The position numbers were made by a program, and so were the translations under genes. 64,000 bases of DNA from Vulcanimicrobiota bacterium (GTDB lineage Bacteria > Vulcanimicrobiota > Vulcanimicrobiia > Eremiobacterales > Eremiobacteraceae). The notes beneath the pieces were generated by a model, which worked only from the letters and a program-made list of their open reading frames with translations, made no database searches and had not been told where the DNA came from. This document shows positions 56,605 through 64,000 of this stretch, one piece after another. The stretch lies in contig CAWDVP010000002.1 of the NCBI GenBank assembly GCA_963805945.1, forward strand, positions 384,001 to 448,000, given 5' to 3'. Numbering within the stretch: the stretch's first letter is position 1; every line of letters starts with the position of its first letter.

Positions 56605-57354
56605 TCATGACGACTCGGCGGTCGCGGGTAAAGTCGGCGGGGATTCGGCAGGCGGCGCGGGCGGCGGCAATGCCGCGATACGCCTGGACAGCAGCGCGCC
56701 GCCGAGCAGATCCTGCGCGATGTGCGCGATGATGCACGGCCACAGCGATCCCGTCAAGAGGTAGATCAGCGCGAACAGCAGCCCGAGCACCGTCGTGCCG
56801 ATGACGCCGGCCCGGCCTTGGTATGCGTGCGCGAGTCCGAACGCCATGGTCGACAGCACGACCCCGAGCGCCACGCTGCCGGTGAGCTGCGCGATCACGT
56901 TGAGCGCGTACCCGCGGTAGAGGAACTCCTCGCACAGGCCGGCGGAGCAGGCGAGCGGCACGAACCACAGCCAGTCCGCGGTGCTCAGCGGGATGATGAG
57001 CCGGATCTTCTCCGCGTATGACGGCTCGATGGCGCCGCGTCGCAGCGTGCCGGCGAGCGCGATCGCGACGACGGCAAGACCGGCGAGATAGTAGAGCGGC
57101 TCGCGCGGCGGCACGAGTCCGACGTCGCTCGGGTCCTGGCCGTGCAGCCGCAGCGCGTACACCGCGAGGGCGGTGAGCGACCACAGGATCAGCATGGTGC
57201 GCGCGTAGCGGCCGTGCTTGGTGCCGCGCGGGTTTGCCGCGGCGCGGCGCGCGGCGAAGGCGCTGAGCAACGGCGCGACGATGAGGATCAACGCCAACGC
57301 GGCGACGAGGACGACGCGCGGCAGGTGCGTCAGTTCCTGAAGTGAAGGCCACAC
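56605..57354 (-). CDS. CPBP/Abi family intramembrane metalloprotease
   Basis: EEFLYRG, FGLAH.YQG, H...D motifs. Confidence 0.9.
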   Translation of the reverse strand: MWPSLQELTHLPRVVLVAALALILIVAPLLSAFAARRAAANPRGTKHGRYARTMLILWSLTALAVYALRLHGQDPSDVGLVPPREPLYYLAGLAVVAIALAGTLRRGAIEPSYAEKIRLIIPLSTADWLWFVPLACSAGLCEEFLYRGYALNVIAQLTGSVALGVVLSTMAFGLAHAYQGRAGVIGTTVLGLLFALIYLLTGSLWPCIIAHIAQDLLGGALLSRRIAALPPPAPPAESPPTLPATAESS

Positions 57355-57389
57355 GCGTCCGACGTCCCCTGCCCCGGAGCGAAAATCCT

Positions 57390-58571
57390 GTGTTGAAGCG
57401 CGCGCTCGGTATCTTGAGCATCGGCCACCTGGCGGTGGACATCACCGGCGGCGCGCTGCCCGCCATCCTGCCGTTCCTGCAGACCGAGTTCAAGCTCTCG
57501 TACCTGCTGCTCGCGGCGGTCATCACCGTCTCGAACGTGACCTCGTCGGTCGTGCAGCCCGTGTTCGGCCTCGCCTCCGACAAGGCGGCCGCGCGCTACT
57601 TGCTGCCGCTCGGCGTGCTGCTCGCGGTGGCCGGCTTCGCGTTCATCGGCCTCGCGCAGAACTATCTGTGGCTGCTCGTCGCGGTGGCGGTGTCCGGCAT
57701 CGGCTCGGCGATCTATCATCCGGAGGCGTCGAAATCGGCGTCGTATGTGGTCGGCGAGAAGCGCGCCACCGGCATGTCGATCTTCTCGGTCGGCGGCAAT
57801 ATCGGATTCGCGCTCGGCCCGCTCGTCATCATCGGCATCATCGCGCTCGGCGGCCTGCACGGCATGTGGGTGCTGGCGATCCCCGGCGCGCTCGTCGCGG
57901 CGCTGCTCGCGACAATCCTGCCTGCGATCGCACGCGCGCAAGCCGCGCACGAGAAGCACGCCGCCGCGCGCGGGGGTCGCACGCAACGCGGCCCGATGAC
58001 GCTGCTCATCGCCGTCGTCGCGCTGCGCTCGGTGGTGTACGGCGGATTGCTCGCGTTCGTGCCGCTCTACGCGGTCAACGTGCTGCACCGCGATCCGCAC
58101 GCATCGGGTTTTCTGCTCACCGCTATACTGGGCGCAGGCGCGGCCGGCACGATCGTCGCCGCGCCGATCGCGGACCGCTTCGGCAAGCACGCCACGATGG
58201 TGGCGAGCCTCGCGCTCGTGGCGCCGCTCATCGCGGCCTTTCTGTTGCTGCCCGGTCTGCTCGGCGTCATCGCGATCGCGCTCGCGGGCGCGTGCCTCAT
58301 CGGCACGTTCACCCTGACTCTGCTGCTCGGCCAGGAGTTCATGCCCAACCGGCTCGGCCTCGCGTCCGCGTTCATGATCGGCTTCACCTCGGGACTCGGC
58401 GGCCTCGGTGTCGCCGCGCTCGGGTATGTGGCGGATGTCGCCGGTTTGACCGCCACGATCTGGTCGCTCGCGGGCATCGCGGTCGCCGGCGTCGCGCTCA
58501 CGCTGCCGCTGCACGCGCAAGAAAAAGCCGGCGATGCCTCGCCGGCCGATATGCGGACCGCCGCTCGCTAA
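57390..58571 (+). CDS. MFS transporter, Fsr-like
   Basis: H..VD, SSVVQP.FG..SD, YHPEA, SIFSVGGNIG.A.GP; about 12 TM helices. Confidence 0.88.
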   Translation: MLKRALGILSIGHLAVDITGGALPAILPFLQTEFKLSYLLLAAVITVSNVTSSVVQPVFGLASDKAAARYLLPLGVLLAVAGFAFIGLAQNYLWLLVAVAVSGIGSAIYHPEASKSASYVVGEKRATGMSIFSVGGNIGFALGPLVIIGIIALGGLHGMWVLAIPGALVAALLATILPAIARAQAAHEKHAAARGGRTQRGPMTLLIAVVALRSVVYGGLLAFVPLYAVNVLHRDPHASGFLLTAILGAGAAGTIVAAPIADRFGKHATMVASLALVAPLIAAFLLLPGLLGVIAIALAGACLIGTFTLTLLLGQEFMPNRLGLASAFMIGFTSGLGGLGVAALGYVADVAGLTATIWSLAGIAVAGVALTLPLHAQEKAGDASPADMRTAAR

Positions 58572-58575
58572 AGCG

Positions 58576-59664
58576 CTACGAGCGCAGGTTCAAGGTCGCG
58601 GTCGTTCCCGTGTTGGTGTTCGGATCGACGGACGTGATACGCACGCTGACGTTGCCGCCGCTGGTCGCCGCCGCGAGGCTCACCTGAGCCGAGAAGTTGC
58701 CGTTGCCGTCAGCCACGACGTCGGTCGAGTACGTGCCGGTGCCGACGCGGAGGATGCCGCCGAACAGCGCGGAGGCCGTCGCGGCGATATGCACGCGCGC
58801 GTATGCCGTGGTGTTGCCCGACACGGTGAACGTGCTGCTGACGGTCGAGCCGTCCTGCGGCGTGAGGTTGTTGAGGGGAATGTTGGCCGCGCTGCCGCCG
58901 GAATTGAAGGCCCAGGAGCGGTCAAAGCCGACGCCGTTGCTCGACTTGCCGATCACCTCGACCGTGTGGCGCGCCGCCGTCAGATTGTAGGACGGGGTGA
59001 AGAGGATGTCTTGAGCCGACACATATGCGGTGCTCGACACGTCGCGCCCATCGAGCGCGATGCGCACGCTGTTCGGATCGACGGTTGAGCTGAACGATGC
59101 GGAGATGGCCGGGCGCGAGGATTGCACCGTGCTGTTCGCGCCGGGCCGCAGGTTCGACAAGGTGATGGTCGCCGGCGTCTGGGTCTGCGAGACCGGCGGC
59201 GGATAATTGCCGTTGCCGTTGCCGCCGTTGATCGTCACCGTCTGAGAGTTGTCGTCCCATTGGACGTTCGCGCCCAGCGCTTCTGAGATGAATCGCAGCG
59301 GCACGAGCGTGCGCGCGCCGATGAGGAACGGCGCTTGGTCGAGCATGCGCTGCTGCCCGTCGACGATGCCCTGCGTCGAGCCGATGCGGACCTGGATGGA
59401 ATGGCCCGAACCAGTCGCGTTGATGATGCCGTTGTCATACACCACGCTTGCGCCGAGCTGTTCGAACACGCCGCGCAGGGGCACGAAGACGCGTCCGCTG
59501 CGCACGATCGCCGGCTGGTCGAGCTGCACCGTCTGACCGTTGACGACGACGCGGACGTCGGCTCGAGCGATCTGCGGCGCGAAGACGAGGAAGAGCGCGA
59601 CCGCCGCCGCGAGCGGCACGAGAAGGAACGCGGGACCACGAGTGGTTCTGAACCTAGTAAGCAT
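58576..59664 (-). CDS. Secreted protein with copper-amine-oxidase N-terminal domain and Ig-like domains
   Basis: GRVFVPLRGVFEQLGA and RTLVPLRFISEALGA.V.W repeats, followed by beta-sandwich segments. Confidence 0.88.
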   Translation of the reverse strand: MLTRFRTTRGPAFLLVPLAAAVALFLVFAPQIARADVRVVVNGQTVQLDQPAIVRSGRVFVPLRGVFEQLGASVVYDNGIINATGSGHSIQVRIGSTQGIVDGQQRMLDQAPFLIGARTLVPLRFISEALGANVQWDDNSQTVTINGGNGNGNYPPPVSQTQTPATITLSNLRPGANSTVQSSRPAISASFSSTVDPNSVRIALDGRDVSSTAYVSAQDILFTPSYNLTAARHTVEVIGKSSNGVGFDRSWAFNSGGSAANIPLNNLTPQDGSTVSSTFTVSGNTTAYARVHIAATASALFGGILRVGTGTYSTDVVADGNGNFSAQVSLAAATSGGNVSVRITSVDPNTNTGTTATLNLRS

Positions 59665-59686
59665 ACAGGCCTCCAATGAAGATGGT

Positions 59687-59713
59687 ATACCCGGCGGCAT
59701 GCATGCGCAAACC
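59687..59713 (-). promoter_or_regulatory. SigB/SigF-type promoter
   Basis: Minus strand GGTTT-N16-GGGTAT, followed by a GGAGG RBS and ATG at 59664. Confidence 0.75.
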
Positions 59714-59723
59714 TGCGACAGGA

Positions 59724-59773
59724 ATTACTTTGCACAGCAAAGTAATAGCAGCGAAAGCCTTTGCCTCGCAAAG
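59724..59773. promoter_or_regulatory. Tandem palindromic operator pair
   Basis: ATTACTTTGC-ACA-GCAAAGTAAT (59724-59746) and CTTTGC-CTC-GCAAAG (59759-59773). Confidence 0.65.
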
Positions 59774-59792
59774 CGATAAGGGAGAGGGAATC

Positions 59793-60953
59793 GTGGAGCG
59801 CTTCGATGTCGGCGTCGTGGGGGCCGGTCTCGCCGGTTTGTGGTGCGCGCGCGAGCTGGCACGTCGCGGGCTGCGCGTCGCGCTGATCGACGCGAAGCCG
59901 AGCGTCGATGCACGCGTGCGGACCACCGGCATCTTCGTGCGCCGGACGTTCGAGGAGTTCGACCTGCCGCGCGGCTGCCTCGGACGCGCCGTGCGCCGCG
60001 TCGTGCTCTACTCGCCGCGCAAGCGCGCCTTGTCGCTCACGAGCGAGCGCGACGAGTTCCGCATCGCCGACATGCGGCTGCTGTGCAACTCGCTGTTGTA
60101 CGACTGCGTCCGCAGCGGCGTGCGCTGGCTGCCCGCGACGATCGTGCGCGATCTGCGTCCCTGGGACAGCGGCACGCTGCTCGATCTCGAGACGCCGGGC
60201 GCGCGCGACACGCTTGCCGTCCGGTTCGTCGTCGGGGCCGACGGCGCGCGCTCGAAGGTCGCACAGGCGCTGCACCTCTCGCGCAACCACGACTTCATCG
60301 CCGGCGTCGAGGATGTCTACGACCTCACCGAGCCGTCGCGACCGGCGCTGCATAGCTTTCTCGACTCGACCCTCGCTCCAGGCTACATCGCGTGGGTCGC
60401 GTGCGACGGCGCGAGCGCGCACGTCGGCGTCGGCGGCGCCGCGCCGGGTTACGCGCCGGCGGCGGCGTTGCGTCGTTTCTCAAGCACGCTCGGCGGGATC
60501 CTCGATCTGCGCCGCGCGGTCCGACGCGAGCGGCGCGCCGGGCTCATACCCGTCAATGGCGTGCTGCCGCACATCGTCTGCGGCCGCGGCCTGCTGGTCG
60601 GCGACGCCGCCGGCGCCGTCTCGCCGCTCACCGCGGGCGGCCTCGACGCGTGCTTGCGCCTCTCGGACTATGCGGCGACGGCGGTCGCCGCGTATCTGCA
60701 CGGCGGCGATGCGCGCGCGCTTGCGGGATATGACGGAAAGCGTTTTGCCGCGCGCTTCATCGCGCGTCGCTTCATGCGGCACGCGCTGCGCGTCGCGAGC
60801 GCAAGCGCGCTCGAACTGGCCTGTGCCGCCCTGCGTTCGAGAGCGTTGCGAGCGTTCGCCGAGCACATGTTCTTCGGCCACGGTTCGTTCCCAGATATGG
60901 AACCCCGCCGCGTGCGTCGCTTGGAGCGCCTCTCCCACAGGCCCGCTCGCTGA
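59793..60953 (+). CDS. FAD-dependent oxidoreductase, geranylgeranyl-reductase family
   Basis: VVGAGLAG, VGADGARS, LVGDAAG.VSPLTAGG. Confidence 0.85.
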   Translation: MERFDVGVVGAGLAGLWCARELARRGLRVALIDAKPSVDARVRTTGIFVRRTFEEFDLPRGCLGRAVRRVVLYSPRKRALSLTSERDEFRIADMRLLCNSLLYDCVRSGVRWLPATIVRDLRPWDSGTLLDLETPGARDTLAVRFVVGADGARSKVAQALHLSRNHDFIAGVEDVYDLTEPSRPALHSFLDSTLAPGYIAWVACDGASAHVGVGGAAPGYAPAAALRRFSSTLGGILDLRRAVRRERRAGLIPVNGVLPHIVCGRGLLVGDAAGAVSPLTAGGLDACLRLSDYAATAVAAYLHGGDARALAGYDGKRFAARFIARRFMRHALRVASASALELACAALRSRALRAFAEHMFFGHGSFPDMEPRRVRRLERLSHRPAR

Positions 60954-60973
60954 ACGCGCCGAAGCCGAAGAAC

Positions 60974-61417
60974 ATGCATAGCTCACTCTCGCGCTTCGCG
61001 CGCCTTCCGTTCTTGCTCGTCGCCGCCGGCATCGCGCTGGCCGCCTCGACCTCGCTCATCGGCTGCAAGCCGACCAGCAGCACCATCCCGGCCTGGCTGA
61101 CGGCCGACGATTCGTTCGTCATCCACGACGCGACCCGGTATAACACCCAGGATACGAACGACGTCTCGACCCTGGTCGTCGTCATCGAGACGACGTATAC
61201 CAACAAGACCTCGATCCAGCAGGCGATCCGGCCCGAGCGCTTCCAGCTGCTCGATCTCAACATGGGGACGCAGTACAACGGCATGAACGGCGGCAATATC
61301 CACGTGCCGCAGATGACCTACTCATACCTCGATCCGGGCAAATCGATCGATCTGACGCTCGGCTTCCGCGTGTCCACCTCGATCTCGTCCGCTCGTCTCG
61401 CGTATACGCCGCTATAA
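60974..61417 (+). CDS. Lipoprotein, DUF4352-like
   Basis: Lipobox-like LIGC; F.L.D...Y and LDPG......F.V pattern. Confidence 0.6.
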   Translation: MHSSLSRFARLPFLLVAAGIALAASTSLIGCKPTSSTIPAWLTADDSFVIHDATRYNTQDTNDVSTLVVVIETTYTNKTSIQQAIRPERFQLLDLNMGTQYNGMNGGNIHVPQMTYSYLDPGKSIDLTLGFRVSTSISSARLAYTPL

Positions 61418-61464
61418 GCAAGGACGCGCGACGCCCTTCACCCGGAGACGACGCAGCGCGACGG

Positions 61465-64000
61465 CTGCTGCTCATCGACACCTACGCGTTGGTCTATCGC
61501 GCCTTCTTCGCGCTGCCGCCGCTCACGACGAAGGACGGACGGCCTGCCAATGCGGTGTACGGCTTCGAGCGCATGCTCAACCGCATCGTCGGCGACGAGC
61601 GGCCGACCCACGTGATCGCATGTTTCGACGCAGGCATCCCAGCCGAGCGGCTCGCCGCGGCGCCGCAGTACAAAGCGAACCGGCCGGCGACGCCGGACGA
61701 TCTCGAATCGCAGTTCCCCATCGTGCGCCAGGTGTTGGAGGCGTGGGGCATCCCCATCGTCGAGGTCGAGGGCGAAGAGGCCGACGATTGCATCGCCACG
61801 CTCGCAGCGCAGGCGTCGCGCGAGGGCGTGCAGACGATCGTGGTGACGGGCGACAACGATCTGCTGCAGCTCGTCGACGACCGCGTCACGGTGGTGCTGA
61901 CCCGCCGCGGCATCTCCGACTTGGCGCGCTACGACGTCGCCGCGGTGCGCGAGCGCTACGGCCTGACGCCGGCGCAGCTGCCGGACTATCGCGGGCTCAA
62001 GGGAGACCCGTCGGATAATCTCGCCGGCGTCCCCGGCATCGGCGAGAAGACCGCGGTGAAGCTCATCGCCGCGTACGGCTCGCTCGATGCGCTGCTCGCG
62101 CGAGTGGACGAAGTGACGCCCCCGCGCATCGCCGGCCTGCTCGCCGAGCATGCGGCGCAAGCGCGCGCGTGCCGCGACGTGTCCATCGCCAAGCGCGATC
62201 TGCCGATCGCCGTGCGCTGGGACGAGTGCGAGCTGCGCACCTCGGATCCGAGCGCCCGCAATAAGTTGTTCGCCGAACTCGGCTTCCGCTCGCTGCAGCA
62301 GGGTCCGGCCGCTCCGCCGACGCGCAGGCGCACGCCCAATGCGCGCGGCGACGACCAACGCCGCCGCGTTGACCGACGTCGTCGTCCGCGCGACGCCGCC
62401 CATCGAGCTCATGACGACCGCCTATCGCCTCGTCGTCGAGCCGGCGCGGGTGCTCGGGGTGCTCGCGGCGGCGCGCAACGCGAGCGAGTGGGCCTTGTGC
62501 GCCTTGCCCGCGCCGGCCTCGTGGCGCGACCCGGAGCCGATCGCCTTCGCGATCGCGCGTGCGCCGGGCATCGCCGAGGTCATACCTTCGATCGTGCTGT
62601 TGCACGATGCCGCCGTGCGCGAGACGTTCGCCGCGCTGCTGGCGGACGGCAGCGCGAAGATCGTGCACGGCGCCAAGTCGCTCGCCGGCTGGTTCGCCGC
62701 GCGCGACCTCGCGCTCGCCGGCGTCGCGTTCGACGCCCAGCTCGCGCACGGTCTGCTCGACACGAGCCGCGTCGACCCGACGTTTGCCGAAACCTTGGAG
62801 TTCGCCGGCGCCCAGAGCATCTACCGCCCGTTGGGCGCGACGCAATCGAGCATGGAGCTGTTCGCGCCTGCCCCCGAGCTCGCCGCCGCGCACGCCTCGG
62901 CGGCGGATGCGCTCGTGCGCGCGACGCCACGGCTGCGCGGCGCTCGTCGACGATGCCGGCATGGGAGCGCTGCTGCGCGACGTCGAGCAGCCGCTCGCAG
63001 CGGTGCTCGCGGCGATGGAGCGTACCGGCTTCCGGCTCGATCTCGACGAGCTGGCGCGCATCCGCGGCCACCTCGAACGCGTCATGTCGGAGACCTCGGC
63101 CGCGATCTTCGCGATCGCCGGCGCCGAGTTCAACATCAACTCGCCCAAGGCGCTCGGCGAAGTGCTCTTCGAGAAGCTCGGGCTGCAGCACGGCGGCAAG
63201 ACGAGGACCGGCTACGCGACCGGCATCGAAGTGCTCGCGCCGCTCGCCGCCGACAACCCGATCGCCGCGAAAGTGCTGGAGTTCCGCGAGGTGTCGAAGC
63301 TCAAGTCGACCTACGTCGACGCCTTGCCCGCGCTGCTCGATCCAGCGACCGGCCTGCTCCACACCACCTTTCATCAGCTCGGCGCGGCGACCGGCCGTCT
63401 TTCGAGCAGCGATCCCAACTTGCAGAACATCCCGGTCCGCAGCGCGCTCGGCCGGGAGATCCGGCGCGCGTTCTTCGCACCGCTGCCGGGCGAGGTGCTG
63501 CTCGCGGCCGACTACTCGCAGATCGAATTGCGGCTGTTCGCGCATCTCTCGCGGCGATCCCGAACTCATCGAGGCGTTCAGACGCGGCGAGGACATCCAC
63601 GAGTACACCGCGCGCGGCGTGTTCGCGCGTGGCCGCCGAAGCGCCGATCGCACGCAGAACTGCGCCGGCGCGCCAAAGCGGTCAACTTCGGCATCCTGTA
63701 CGGCCAAGGCGAGTTCGGCCTGTCGCAGAGCGTCGGCTTCTCGCGTGCGGAGGCGCGCGAATTCATCGGCGCGTATTTCAGACGTTTTCCGCAGGTGCGC
63801 GGGTATATCGACGGCGCGCTCGAGGTCGCGCGCGAGCGCGGCTACGTCACGACGTTGATGGGCCGCCGGCGCGTGCTGCCCGATCTTCGCTCGCATAACC
63901 CGGCAGCGCGTGCCGCCGCCGAGCGCATGGCGATCAACGCGCCGCTGCAAGGCAGCGCCGCCGATCTCATCAAGGCCGCGATGCGCGACGTCGCGCGGCG
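61465..64000 (+). CDS. polA: DNA polymerase I (start not identified; frameshifted; continues past the window)
   Basis: LLIDT..LVYRAFFA, YKANR, EADD, GD.SDN..GV.GIGEKTA, TGRLSS.DPNLQNIP, ADYSQIELR, AKAVNFG..YG, NAPLQGSAAD. Confidence 0.95.

Overview
High-GC bacterial chromosomal window, mostly core genes. It looks like an imperfectly polished long-read assembly: many single-base frameshifts fall in essential genes, and 48.7-51.0 kb is especially noisy. Gene order: wecA-like GT, wecB, a full F0F1 ATP synthase operon with two b subunits, murA, mreB/mbl, a GTAG-type REP doublet, tsaC, and a secreted protein built from four tandem LptA/OstA-like repeats. A small accessory patch follows (DUF1272, beta-barrel-like protein, AAC(6')-like GNAT, two secreted proteins, Zn-ADH). 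Then rarA, a GT2, iscS, a ytxG-ytxH-rsbV-rsbW-sigB-like stress operon, alaS, and a phoB-phoR-phoU-pstSCAB locus. That locus is followed directly by a second, intact but catalytically degenerate pstCAB set. The rest holds cbs and a cystathionine lyase, iclR, tldDE, tRNA-Leu(CAG), gdh, egtD facing a betaine-type ABC importer, a PRTase-PilZ-EAL/CBS/GGDEF block, ferredoxin, assorted enzymes and polA (runs off the end). Firmicutes-like gene order combined with an Lpt-type protein suggests a diderm Terrabacteria lineage such as Eremiobacterota (inference only). Best candidate for a new system: the apparently transport-dead PstC'A'B' paralog set beside a PhoR with no transmembrane helix, possibly a dedicated phosphate-signalling pseudo-transporter. 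All product calls come from motif recognition by eye; no database search was run.
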